Positions 12,932 to 26,388 are shown, numbered from the whole stretch's first letter. The stretch is DNA of 63,481 nucleotides, filler included, from Sphaerodactylus townsendi (GCF_021028975.2; 4 parts of 4 records of this genome joined end to end with filler, not necessarily neighbours in it); one strand, 5' to 3'. Program-made: numbers and translations. The notes: generated by a model from the sequence alone, not told the origin.

Positions 12932-13443
12932 CAGTGATGGCGAACCTTTTTGAGACCGAGTGCCCAAATTGCAACCCAAAACCCACTTATTTATTGCAAA
13001 GTGCCAACACAGCAATTTAACCTGAATACTGAGGTTTTAGTTCAGAAAAACCGGTTGGCTCGGAGGCGTGCGTTACTCGGGAGTAAGCTTGGTGGTAGTC
13101 AGTGGCTTTGCTTTGAAGCAACCATGCAATGCTTTGAATGGGTGAATCACGACCCTAGGAGGGTTTACTCAGAAGCAAGCCCCATTGCCAGCAACCAAGC
13201 TTACTCCCAGGTAAAGGATTGCGCTTTAGTTCTTCGCATGAAAATCAGTGGGGTTTAACAGCGCTTAACAGGGTTACCTACACTGCTTCCCCAAAACTAG
13301 AATTTAGGTTTAATGTTAATAATCAAGCCCAGAGGCCCAGGCCCGCCTAGATGTGTGGGAGGGTGGGAGCGACTCTGTGTGTGCCCACAGAGAGGGTTCT
13401 GAGAGCCACCTCTGGCACCCGTGCCATAGGTTCGCCACCACTG
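12932..13443. mobile_element. Non-autonomous hAT transposon (hAT1-type TIR)
   Basis: TIRs CAGTGATGGCGAACCT / AGGTTCGCCACCACTG; perfect 8-bp TSD TCCTAGTA. Confidence 0.92.
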
Positions 13444-13635
13444 TCCTAGTAAGAGGGACATTTCCTATGGGAGAATTAGAAAATTAGGAGGAAAGGGTAA
13501 TCCCTAGCCACTATAGTAACATTACACAGACCTGAGGCGTCTTGTAACATTTTGTTCCCCTAATATGCATTAGTCAGTTTACCTTTATGGCTTATATAAT
13601 AATCTGTTACTCATCTTCCCATGATGACCCCTTAA

Positions 13636-13712
13636 GAGCATCTGGGAAGTAGAGACTCCAGCTTCTGTTGAATCTGGGAGCATCTGGGAAGTAGAGACTC
13701 CAGCTTCTGTTG
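13636..13712. repeat. Direct duplication GAGCATCTGGGAAGTAGAGACTCCAGCTTCTGTTG
   Basis: Two identical copies with 42-nt period. Confidence 0.9.
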
Positions 13713-16700
13713 CCCACTATCTTGGTGTGTATACAATTCCTCATTGTGTAGTTCCTGGCAAAGAATTTTGTGTTCTTGGACACTTTCAAAGAAAGGGTTA
13801 TCTAGGGTTATGTTTAATTATTAGTAATCATGTTTTGAATGAATAAATGCTAATTTAATTCAATCATTAAAGAACAAAGGTATGTTAAAATATTGTCAGA
13901 AGCTAATTAAAACAAACCTGTGCATAACAAAATATCTCAGTCCTCTCATGTAGTCCTACCATTTCCTATGACACATAGCTGGCTCAGAGTTTTGACTAAA
14001 GCCATTGCAGTTACTGCTTCCTTTTTGTTCCATTGGTATTCCCTTTACAGCTGTGGATTTCAGTGCCAGTCAGTCATTTCCTTCCCTTGGACTTAGTTGC
14101 CTTGGCTCTTGAGTGGAGTGTTGAACACACTCTACTAACTGGTCAAACTGTCGCTTCCAGCTGTGGTGTCCCTTCTCTCCGCCACCCTCCTCTCTCCAGG
14201 GCAGAACCTGGCAGTAACTGGCTCTTCAGGGGTGGCCAACTTATGGTGTTCCAGATGTTCATGGACTACAATTCCCATCAGCCCCTGCCAGCATGGCCAA
14301 TTGGAACATCTGGAACACCATAGGTTGGCCACCCCGTCTAAGCTATCCTTTAGGCCAGATCAAGTTCTTAGTACACCTGTATTCAATTAACCACATGGTG
14401 ACCTTACCAAAAGTTAATCAAGGTCTAATTCTAAAAAAATGAGAGAATGCTGCTTTACTTCCCAGTGCCAGAGTCCCCTGCCCATCTACCTTTTCAGTGG
14501 GTCTTTCGGAAAGAACAGAGGCTCATTAATTCCTTTCCCCAACTGATCCTCTCCAACCATGTGAGCACTTGAGCTTCTGTCCATGTGAAATCTGACAGAG
14601 AACCTAGCTAACCATGTGACAGTTGGAGAACTCCAGTTTTCCAGGCTAGTATTTGGCAAACAGAATGCCCCTGAGAATACAGCAGTTGTCCATCCCTGTT
14701 TGAGTTGGTTGTCTTCCACAAGAGTGGGCAAAAGGCAGGAGATGAAGCAGTGACCCATTACCCATGAGCCACCTAGAAGTTTCTGGCATTGATGCAAAGA
14801 ATACCTGTCAGTTTTGGTTGGACTGGACCTTGGTGCAATGCAGCAAGGTATTACTTTTAAAATTTTCAAAACAAGACTATATGCTCAAGCTATCTTAAAA
14901 CAATCATGTGTATGTGCTGTTGGTTTGTAAAATATGCATATGTTTGTGAACTGTGAAAGTTCCAGTTTATGGGAGGAGGGAGTAAACCATGCCACGTGTG
15001 CTGTGGATAACTAACAGAAATTTGGTGTTGTCAAACGATCCATTGCAGGTTTATTAGCTGAAAGCAAACACAGCAATGTTAAGAACAGTTGGAAGTTGGA
15101 AGCTTAGTTAGGAGGGAATGTTTGGAAGTTGGGCCCCCTCTAGTGAGTATAAGGCTGTGGGGTGCTCTCCCAGTGGAGGAGTTTTACCTTGCTCTTGCTG
15201 CAAGTCTTGTGGAATAAAATCCAAAACGAAGAATGAAATCTGCATAATATCTTTTATTAGGAGAATCAAATTAACACAAAACAGAATGCAAGCCTTTGAC
15301 TTCCCCAGAACTCTTCTGTTATTACAAAATTTGACATTACAAAATTTAAAAGGTTAAAAGGGTAGAAAGCTGATTTTTTCTGGATTTGATGTGACGGTTA
15401 GATCTTCCATGAGATGCATAGAGGCAGTTAGATAATGTGCTGAGCCCATTCTCTGGGAAGCTGTATGTGTCCTCCATTCATTCATTGCAATACCAAACAC
15501 ACTTCAAGTCCATCCATAATAGTCTCAAATGCCACTGAAAAGCAGAGTTCCCTTTCATGTGAACATCAGTAGGAAGCTCCTGACAGTTTCTGTATTAACA
15601 ATGCATGAGATAAATGTACAGTGTTGAACAAGGCTGTAGAGTTAGTTAAAGCCAAATTAGGTGCTATTGCCTTGTTCTGAGAATGCAGTTTTTACCTAGA
15701 CTTTCCTTCTTCTGACAATTCCTCTTTCTTTGTTGAAATTATCTATCTTTGAAGACAGCTTGGGAGCTTTCCAGAGGGATTTTGAGAAGTTAAAATAGTA
15801 CTGTTCTCCATTCAGTTTATTTTTTTCTGGAGGCATATGATTGTGACTGGCACTTTTGTCTTTTGGGGGGAGGGTATCTTTAGTGGTTTCAATTGATAAT
15901 TTAAATGTTGTGGATCCATTTGGCTGGAAAGATGGAACAGGGATGTTTTTAAATCCATAGCCTCTTACCAAACAAAGGTGTACCAAGTCCTTAAAGCTTT
16001 GTCTCCGTTCATCCTTCTTTCTTGCCTGACTGTGTTTATGCATTGTGTTGCCAGTCCGAACATTCTAAAATAAAGGTCTTCTGGAGGCCAGGATGTCTGA
16101 AATGAAAAGATGCATCCCTATGTCAATACCACACTAATTCGTAAAGGAGGATGCTTGGGGAAAAGTGACCTCCTTAAATCAAGGTCAGGTGAGAGGCAGG
16201 TGGCAGCCCGAGTGAAAGATGTGTTAGTCTGACGTGTGCTGCCTTTTGTCCTCCATTAGTCTCTTGAGGCCAAACATCATCTAGATTGTGTGTTCTATTG
16301 GCAGCTGAAGAGAGCAGTCTTGCTGGTTCTGGGAGATGCCTAGCATACTTGACTGACTCCGTGGAGGGAGAGGGTGTATTTGTGTGAGTGAGTGTGTGTG
16401 AGGCAGAGAGACTTCAGCTGGAGATCTGCTCAGGGTCCCCCCCTTTCCGTACCTGCACAACGTGAAACCAAAGCAGCAAATGTTGCCTGCTTTTTCAGCA
16501 AAAGCATAGCAGAGACCATAGTATGTTCCACAAGAAAACAAGCTTGTACGGCCTCTCCCTGTTTTTGCTGTGGTTGCCCATACACCTCGTTGACCAAGGG
16601 GATTCCGCATGGCAAGTCTGCCTGCCCTGTTTCTACCCTCATTCTGAGGCAGCGATCATCGCTGGGGGCTTTTAAAGATTTTTTTAAAAAAATAGTTGAA

Positions 16701-17708
16701 TATAGTTATAACATTATAATAATTTATCAGATTATCTGAACTCTTATCTTCCTTTTTAAAGAAAGTAAGCCCCATTCCTCTTGTTACAGGGATGTGTTTT
16801 CCCCATAACAAAAGGAGATAGAGACTTTTTAAAATGAAAGTTGAGAATTCAGCGAGTTTGATGGACAAATACATGGAAAGGGGAAGGGAGACTGGAGCAA
16901 GTAAATAATGCTGTTGAAGTTGAGATGGGGATGATAGAATGCCAGTCCATATAGGTGCCACCTTAGCTTTATAGTGAACTTCCTTAAATATCACAGCAAA
17001 ACAGATTTGAGGGAGGGGGAAAGCTTCTGTAAGGACAGGCCTTTCTGTCCTGTGAGACTCAAGGTGGCTTACAAGTTCCTTTCCCTTCCTCTCCCCACAA
17101 CAGACAACTTGTGAGGTAGGTGGGGCTCAGAGAGTTTTGAGAGAACGGTGACTAGCCCAGCAGAATGTAGGAGTGCGGAAACACATTTGGTTCACCAGAT
17201 AAGCCTCAGCCACTCAGTTGGAGGAGTGGGGAGTCAAACCCGGTTCTCCAGATTAGAATCCACTTGCTCTTAACCACGACACCACACTGGCTCTCAACCT
17301 GTGTGTAAATGACTGATGTCTAAATTTCTTCCTATCAAGAACCTGGACTGGATGCTTAAGATGTATGTGGGAACTGGAGGTGAGACTCTTAGCCTTTAGC
17401 TTGCACACTGGAGATCAGCACTTTGGCACCTGTGGAATGCTTTCTGCAGAAGTGCCAAACATTTCTGCATTCTACTTGAGTGTCATGGTCCTTGCATCTT
17501 GGTTGGGTTATTGCAACCTGCTTGACTGTCACCTGAAAGTAACATAAGAAGTTTTGTTTAAAGAAGTCTAAGCCATGGAGAGATGCTGAGGAATTTGAAT
17601 TTGGCTAGACAGGAGATATTAGAGAGATCTAATTGGTGAAAAAAGCAAAATGTGGATATTCCATTAAGCAAGCGTGCTATGCCTTGAGTTTTCTGGGCAC
17701 CTTGTATT

Positions 17709-17808
17709 NNNNNNNNNNNNNNNNNNNNNNNNNNNNNNNNNNNNNNNNNNNNTTAATTAATTAANNNNNNNNNNNNNNNNNNNNNNNNNNNNNNNNNNNN
17801 NNNNNNNN
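17709..17808. other. Artificial contig spacer
   Basis: 44 N + TTAATTAATTAA (stop codons in all six frames) + 44 N. Confidence 0.95.
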
Positions 17809-19284
17809 TTGTAGTTAAGCTTAGAGATCCCAGTCCTCTTGAGTACAAACTCGAATTCTGGATTCATCTGTCAAATTAAAAGCCGTAGCTAAACTCTTAT
17901 TTATTTCTTTAAATTACTTTTTATATCTTGTTCTTCTTTGTTCTCTTAAATTGCTAAATTGCCCAATTACCTACTGTTCTGCTTGAGTGCTGAAGTATAT
18001 TCTCTAAAAGATAGGAAAAGGATTTCCTCCCTTTTGCCCAGAAACGGTATTCTATTTGGCCCTAAATGGTTCGGATGGTTGGGGTTTAGGGGAGTTTTGG
18101 TTGTTGTTTTTTTTTTAGAAATTGCACCAACTATTTAAATTGTAAACTAAGGGCAGGTATTGTTCTTTGCTTCTAAAATTTTTGAAATGTTTTTGATCAC
18201 ATAGGACCCTTTGGAAGTCAGTCTCTCAAGCCCTGGATCTCTGACTTCAGCTATGTTCCTGTTCCTTCAGAGCATGAAAGAAGCTGGAAAGGGTCCTCTT
18301 TCTCCTAAAGTTCTTTTCAACCAGCTCTGTCAAAAGTAAGAGTAATGTCATGTCAGTAACATGTTTCCCATGAAATAATGCACATGATATAAAACTTTCC
18401 TGAGGTGTATTCTGTAGCTATGTAGAATTGTTTAAAAGAAAATGCAAGATTTAAGTATTTTGATTTTGGTGTTTTTTTTCCTGTTTAATGATTAAGTTAA
18501 TAGGGAAAAAAAAGAAATTGATGAATCTTTCCATAGCAACTGTTTAGCGTCTGGTACTAATTCATCCACTGTTAATTTTGTTAGTGTTGCAGCTGTCAGA
18601 CGTTTTGCTAAGACAGATTGTACGCATAGCTACAGGGCCCTTCTGTTTGTTTTCCACTATTCTGAATGTTAGGGATACAGACTTTTAACTTATCTAGAGA
18701 CTTAGTAGCTCATGCAGCGTTTGTATACTAAGAGGTCATAAATAATTCTGCTGTTATGGCTGAGCAGTTTTATCTGTAGCAGAAATTGTGAAGCTAGGTG
18801 TTATGGCAGTAGTCCTTGCCATTAAATAGATTTTCACATCATTAGGGAAGGGACAGTTCTGTTCTGCTTGGCATAATCATGGGAATGCTGTTTTTATTTT
18901 TGTTCTTTAATATTGCTAGAGTTATTAGGCAATAATATGGTGGTAGTTGACATATCTGAAGATCATAGAGAAAGATTAACTTCTAAAAACAGAGTAGTCA
19001 GTTCATGTAGGGAAGAAAAGAGAAAATTCTCTTTATAATTACAAAAAATCCACTGGGATATATATTTGATGCACATATCCATCTGGATAAATGTTTATAT
19101 TTCTTTTATACTGAATATCTGTGGTTTGAGTGATATGGAATTAATAGACCTGTTGGTTTATTTTGTTCCTGTAATTATGGAAGATACTGCCAATATACTT
19201 TAGTTTTTACATTATTAGTATTGGGGGGTGGGGGGGCAAACCTGCAGCGTTTTCTGAAAAATATATTTTAGTAAGGATTTGTAT

Positions 19285-19420
19285 TGTTGAAGACTTTCAA
19301 GGGCCGGAATCACTGGGGTGTTGGCTGTATGGCTCCTCTGAAGATGCCAGCCACAGATGCAGGCGAAACGTCAGGAAAAAATGCTACTAGAACATGGCCA
19401 TACAGCCCAGAAACCTTACT
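19285..19420 (+). mobile_element. Penelope-like element fragment with a hammerhead motif (related inverted fragment at ~54070-54170)
   Basis: CTGAAGA-TGCC...GGC-GAAA-CGTC core with TTGAAGACTTTCAAGGGCCGGAATC start, typical of squamate PLE ends. Confidence 0.75.
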
Positions 19421-20600
19421 AAGGATTCAAAGGAATTATAAACTGTTTCATTCAATAAGTAGATGTTGCTTCTTAAAGTAAAATTCATTATTTCCTTGCA
19501 AGTAAACTTTATATATTATTTGGGGTTAGATAAGACTGTGCACTTCAGTTACCTGTGTGGTGTCCAATTCAGAAATAAATTACCAAGGTACTTCTGGTTC
19601 ATATGATAGTAGGAACTCACTGATGATGGTTTAATTTGAAGCCCTAAGAAATATTTGTGATTTAAGTTTAAAAATCACAAAATCCATCTGCCAAAATTTT
19701 GTTGGTGGTCTCTAGTTTATTCCATGTATAAATTGTTCATTGCCTTGGAAAGGGGTCAGTGTCCATTGGTAATGCCTGACATGCAGACAGCCCCAGGTTC
19801 AATGCCTGATATTTCTTATTGAAGATTCTTGGGCTGTTGGACTGGGATGATCTTCCCTGGCAATTCTAAAGAGCTGTTGCTAGTCTGAGTAGACTAACTG
19901 CAAGTATGAGTAGTCAGCACTGATGTAGTTGACTGTATAAGGCAGGTTTATACAGTTATCTTCACCATTTACAGTGGAGACTGCTGGTTGTTCAATTTGG
20001 AGGGAGCAAAACACTTGTGGAACAGAACAGAACCATTCAAGTGAGGTATTCTTGGAGCCCAGTTTCTATCCAGCAGGATACGAACCCTGTGAGCATTAAT
20101 CTAGTCAAATAACATTTGATTTTTAAAATAAAAGACATACTAAATTTGCATAATTTAAACATCATCTAATTTCTGTCAGCGTTTTTAACAAGAAATAAAT
20201 GCAAGGTATTGGCATTTTAGTTAGCTGTAACATAGTATACACAGTGGTTTCAAACAGGGGCTGTTTCCCCATTATCTGTCATTGTTTTTATCTTTCCTCC
20301 AGAAGGGTCAAGGCAGCATGAAGTGAGTATTTTTTTAGGATTCTTCAAAGAGAATATTGATAATAGCAGACATCTGTGAAAGACAGATTCCCTACAACTG
20401 AGAAATTGCCAGATGGTGCATACTCTGTTGGTATAGGACAATGGTTAGCTGTAGCCAAGGTAGCCAGTTTCTTATTTGAATTGAGTGTCTGCTCTAGAAC
20501 ATGCCCAGAGTCCTGATGTCCTGATGTAACTTTTTTCCTACTTGGGGAGCTGAAATTGCAAGGTTTGGTTTGGGTCATGTGGGTAGGCCATAGTCTAATT

Positions 20601-20685
20601 CAGGGGTCTGCAACCTACGGCTCTCCAGATGTTCATGGACTACAAATCCCATCAGCCCCTGAGAGACGCAGGTTGCAGACCCCTG
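20601..20685. mobile_element. Palindromic hAT MITE family, internally deleted copy (other copies at 1-94, 12273-12457, 14227-14336, 24317-24431, 30053-30199, 62693-62770)
   Basis: CAGGGGT...ACCCCTG termini with perfect TSD GTCTAATT. The family core is CCAGATGTTCATGGACTACAATTCCCATCAGCCCCTGCCAGCATGGCCAATTGGCC. Confidence 0.85.
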
Positions 20686-21975
20686 GTCTAATTCATGACT
20701 GTGCAGGAACCAAAGCCTAGATATGTGCACCATAAGCTTTAATTAACTGAATAATCTGAATACTGAATAATTAAGTGAATAATTAACTGAATAATCTGCT
20801 GGAGGTTTATATGGGGGAGAACTTTTTTAAACTAGTGAGGTCAATTTTTTTGTCTACAAGTCTTAGTTAAGGAAATGCTTAATGTTTTTGGCTTTTTAAA
20901 TTCTGTCACAATGGGAAATCAAAAGATGGCCTTTTCTTTTAACTCTTAGAGGTACCTTTTGTTAACTACCACTTAACATTTCCTTTAGAAAGTCTCAGTG
21001 ATGGTTTGGCATTATTCCAATCTAGCAGTTTCAGAGCACTTGATTAAAGATTTCTTAATTGATTAATTGTTTAACAAGACTTGAAACTGCACAAGGAGAA
21101 TCAATTAAGAATTATTTTTGTATTTAGCTTAAGTTGTTTGTGATGTTTTGTAAAGCGTAAATTAGTGTCCATATCATGATGGGATTTATTACCATGTTTA
21201 TGCATCAAAAATACAACAAGGTTACTAAAATCAATTAGATGTCAATGAATAAAATTGCCCACTGTTTAAATACTTGTTTTAACTGTAATATTTTCCACTA
21301 AGTTGAGCATTAAGATACAAGACTTGAATAGCTTTGACATAGCTGTCACTGTTGCCCTTCACTACTTATGGCCATTAACAGGAGTTCAACCTGTTCTGTC
21401 GTTTATACTGCTGACACTGTACAACAGGTTGTAGCGCATTGGCACTGGCTTCCATATGTCAGCACATCTGTGAGCGGTCAGTTCAACCAACCATCTTAGA
21501 GTCTTCCACTTTCGCCATGGATCTTGCTTGAAGCATATTTTCAAGGATACAGGAATACACATCTTTTAGTTGTCAGATCTGACCATATCAATGTGGATTA
21601 GTGCTTCTGTCTTCCCTAGCTTCCTATCTCTCACCAATGCCAGCGGTTTTCTGTAAAACTGTGTTTGGATTTTTTCCCTTCCCTAACAATTTTTCAAATT
21701 TCACTGCAAATTAACTAGAGTCCTGTACATTAACAAATATTTTTTCGCATGTATGTTTTATAAGGCCTTAAAGGACTATTTAAACATGGCATTAACTATT
21801 GACCATATATAAATGAGATGCTTTTTAATTAGCATCTTATTTTTGCCACTACATTTTAAAATGTTAAGTAATGTTTTAAGTATATTTCTACAGCATGTAG
21901 TAGTTGTGTTTTTATCATGAAACAGGCCATGAAAGTATACAGGCAAATAGTAATGAAAAAGTGAGGGCCTGCAAC

Positions 21976-22121
21976 CAGGGACGTAGGTAAGGGAGGGTTC
22001 TTGGGTTCAAACCCCTCCCATTACATATCCACTATTGCTTGAAACAATGCATGGAATGGAACAACCGAAAAACCCTCAGTCACCGAACCCACCCCATAAA
22101 AAATCTATACCTACGTCACTG
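21976..22121. mobile_element. hAT-like MITE
   Basis: Termini CAGGGACGTAGGTA / TACCTACGTCACTG. Confidence 0.6.
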
Positions 22122-24504
22122 CAGCAACACTTGTGTGGGGGATCCTATCCACAGCTAGTCAGCGTACCCTACTCGATTGCCCCTCCCTCCCTCCCTCCCT
22201 CCCTCCCTCACACAGCAGGTTTTCCAGCTGTCCTCCTGACAGAGGAGTGGGGTGGCAGTCTCATCTCTTGTCCAGCTCCCTCGTCAAGAACAGCTCTTTT
22301 CCTGCCAACTGCCTGGAGCGCTACCCTTCATAGATGGAAGGGTTCAGCAGGGTTTTATGTTTCTCTTTCTCTTGACTGCAGCTTTTAATCACCAACCCAC
22401 TTCCAGTATTCCTGCATCACTAGCTGGGGGGCAGTGATAGATTTAGCTTCTTCTAGCCCTGTCCACCTCCTGCTTTGAACCCTCAGTGGCTGTGGGGGGG
22501 GGGGGGTAGCAGCCTCCACTCTTTCCCTTTTTCCTCCTCTTGCACCCACTTGCAGGTGGACACTTTACAGAAATATTTCTTTAGTTTCTTTATGACCCTA
22601 GTGCATGTATTTAAGTGTCTGCAGATGGGGCAATGTTGAGAATTAGATATATCAATACCAATGCAGAAAGCCCCTTTAGTTTGTTGTCAGATAGACTAAG
22701 ATCAGTAGGATCTGAGATGAAACAATCATCTCATGGGTGTATACATCTTCATTACGATTGTTCGTATGAAAGCAAACTTAATATTATAGTTGGGTCATTT
22801 GGAAAGTTTATGTATCATGGAGAAAACTAAAGTAGAAGACTAGGTCCCAAAACTTTAGCTTTTGGTCTGCTTGTTTCACAATAATAATTTCCCTTGGGAA
22901 TTCTGAGTACAGTAAATGGAAGGACTGTCCCATCTGATTACAAATTATGATCCACTGACAGCACCTTCTGTGAGGAATTAATTCCATTCTCATTAGATGG
23001 GCATTTTGCTGTTAATTTCATAAGGAGGGTATTACTGTGAGGGAAAGTTCTATGGCTACTTTTTCTTTTTAAAAATGGATTGTTAACTGCTGTTTCTGTC
23101 AGTGGGGAAAGCAGAATATAAATGTTTTAATAAATTAATTTGGGGAGCATGGCATTCGGTAATGATGATAATTTTTTAGGTACCAGCAGATTAAAGGTAA
23201 TGAGCCACTGGTCAAAATAGTCCCTGAAAGCAATACAGTTGTTGGTGAGCAATGATAGGGGGATGGAGATATGGCTTTCGGAGAACTCTGGGCAACATAG
23301 GAGACTATAGCGCCGGAGACCCGACATTTACAGACTCACTGACTCGCACAGCTTCCTCTTTCTTTTCATTTCTCCTATAATTTTATATCTTCTGACATTC
23401 AGTATTTTCTGTAAATATAAATGCTACTGGTCTTCAGTGAAAAAGCCTTGTCTGGGCAAATGACAAATGAAATTACTGAATGTGGGACAAGTTTCTGACA
23501 CACACTGGAAACTCCTCTGTTGTGCTGACTGGTCAGAACATCCTTAGGCTACCCATGAAAACTGGGGTCTTCTCTTCTGATTTTCTTAAAAGATGGAACT
23601 GAGCAAAGCAGGAAATAGTTTTTCCCCTACCATGTAGGTTTTATTAACTTTCTCCCTAAGCTCTATTCTGTCAATTATACTTTGCTCTGAATACTAAGCA
23701 GAGTTGACAACAGTTGCGCCTCTGCCCCACTCCTCTTCTCAGTTCAGAGAATGTATGACTTTGACATTTGCTGGTATTTACAAGCACCTTTCATTTTCAG
23801 CTTCAAAGAGGGTAGCAACAGTCCAGGTTTTAAGGGCAGATTATAAAAATGTGGTATTTTCTATTGTAAGATACTGTCTGTTTTAAAAGTGACAAAACTG
23901 AATATATTTAGCCTCTCCCCCAGCTTGCCCTGCCTCATCCCCCAAAAGAAGGAGGGAGAAAGAGACAGTCTGCCTGAGCTTTTCTGACCCTCCCAAAGGA
24001 AGAAGGGAGAGAGTGAGGAAGGAGGAGGCAGCCTGTCTAACTATGCCTTGCACAGGGTTTTGATGGACCGAGCATCACTTCCCACACTCAGGGGAACTGG
24101 GTACTACTGCCCTGGTTTCACACAGGTGCTGCCTTTCCCATTTTGCCTTGGGTGGGCTGGGCAGGACAGGACAGGGCACTGTTTCTTCCACCTTTCCCTG
24201 AGTAAGGGGAGGATTATAATGACCAGTCTGTGAGGTAAATTAAGTTGATAATGTGTAACTGGTCCAAGGTCACCCAGTGACTAGCTACAACAGAATGTGG
24301 ATTCAAGGCCCTAGGCCAGTGGTGGCGAACCTTTGGCACTCCAGATGTTATGGACTACAATTCCCATCAGCCCCTGCCAGCATGGCCAATTGGCAGGGGC
24401 TAATGGGAATTGTAGTCCATAACATCTGGAGCCCCCCCCCCCCCCCCCCCGAGAACCCCCCCCCCCCCCCCCCCCCCCCCCCCAAAACGCCCCCCCCCCC
24501 CCCC

Positions 24505-24604
24505 NNNNNNNNNNNNNNNNNNNNNNNNNNNNNNNNNNNNNNNNNNNNTTAATTAATTAANNNNNNNNNNNNNNNNNNNNNNNNNNNNNNNNNNNNNNNN
24601 NNNN
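24505..24604. other. Artificial contig spacer (preceded by a poly-C artefact, 24432-24504)
   Basis: Identical 100-nt spacer. Confidence 0.95.
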
Positions 24605-26323
24605 CCATGGCAACTTCTGCATTTGGGCACTCCAGAGCTGTGTGTGCCCTGCCAATGCCAATGCTTTCTTTCAACAACATAGTTCTCCCGTGCACCTGCA
24701 TAAGGGGCATTTGCAATGGCACACTTGCATTGCCTTCATAATGGTTTTGCCCCTCCCCTTAGGATGAGGCTGTAAGTTCCCCTAATTTAATAGTATCTGA
24801 ATATATAAAATATTTTCTAAATGCCATTCATTATTTTTAGTATTCAAGCTGGCATTTATTTTTTATTAATATAAAATATGTCCAGGCTCCTTTTCCACCT
24901 AAATAGGGTGGAAACACGTCAACATTGAAATGTGATTTCAATTAATAATTTAATACATGGCATTATTTAAAAATCAATAAAAATATAGAAACTCATGTAA
25001 CACCAGGCAAAAGGGCCAGTTGATTATATGTTGGTCATATGCAAACAAACAAAAAAAGTCTTCACCCAATGGCAGAAGAAAACAATAGAGCGGCAGACAA
25101 ATTTCCCTGAGGGGGAGTTCCAAAGAAGGTCCTTTCTCGGGTTGCTGCTTGTGTAGTCTCAGATGGAAGGGGCATCTGAACCTGGGCCTCTGAAGATGAC
25201 TAGAGTGGATGGGAAGTCTCCTGTGGGAGAAGGCAGTCCTTAAGTTACACTAAGCCCAAACCATAAAGATCAGTCCCAACATTTGGAATTGGGCCTTCAA
25301 ATAAATTTGAGCTGGTGTATATGGAACAAACGATGCCATTTTTACAGCTATTACAAAGCTGAACTATGCAAGAGAATTTCATCCTGGAGGGGATTCCTCA
25401 GAGTGGATTAATGGGATCATTTACAGATTCCTTCAGACTCTCTTATTTCCAATTAGGCAGCAAGGATTTATCCATTGATAGTGTCTCTCCACTGTAGCAG
25501 GAGAACATGAACAGCGATTGGTTTGACCATTTGCTAGGCTGGCTAGTATAAAATTGTACTTGATTACAATAAAGACTTGGATCCAGTCATCTTTTCCACT
25601 GGTTAAAAAGAGAGGAGAAAGTGCTTTTGCTGAGGACCATGGGATCTTCATGGACAAAAGGCACGTGTAGCAGGGGCTCTGAAAAAAATAATCTGAGCGA
25701 GAATTAGCAACCTCCCAAAAAACAAAATCCAAAACAAAGTAAAAAAAATGAATCCAACCCAAATTGAAGATGGAGATAAATCCACAAAGCGCCCGTTATT
25801 GCAAACTCCCAGATATGAGAAAAGCATGGAGATACATTTAGTTTGAATTTTATTTGTGTGAAATTTGCTAATAGGGGGGAAAAAGAATCTTGGAAGATCA
25901 CTGGTGTACACTAGCAGAAACCTTGGAAAACTACAGACTAGAATTATTATGCCTGGCATTGATAGAGAAAAACTAATTAGGAACTAATTGGGCAATCCTA
26001 AACAGTTATCTCCTCCTACATCTGTTAATTAGAAAAGGTGTATAATGGGGCAACTCTGCTTAGGATTGCTCTGTAAATCTCATGTGGTTGCTGAAAGATG
26101 AATAAGTGACTGTTCTGAATAGTCCTGGAGAAAGCAGTGTGGACCAACAAATTACCATTCACTCCACAGTAGAGTTAACTTGTATTTCCCTGTACTGGGT
26201 TTAGAACACTTTCATTTGGTTATTGGGATGGTTTTTGATTAAAGTAAGTCTGAATTCATCCATCGGGATAGGTATGTCTGCACAAAGTGTGCTCGTTTAC
26301 AATGGGAAAGGATCTTCCTTAGA

Positions 26324-26328
<5 letters not shown>

Positions 26329-26369
<41 letters not shown>

Positions 26370-26388
26370 TATCTATCTATCTATCTAA
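26329..26388. repeat. (CT)n + (ATCT)n microsatellite
   Basis: Read directly from the sequence. Confidence 0.95.

Noticed and set aside
14490-14600. Minus-strand peptide FTWTEAQVLTWLER, reminiscent of a SAM or KRAB-B segment
   Set aside because: Short, followed by a stop, with no partner exons.
23162-23228. ATGATGA...CTGA possible C/D snoRNA
   Set aside because: No terminal stem and no recognisable rRNA antisense element.
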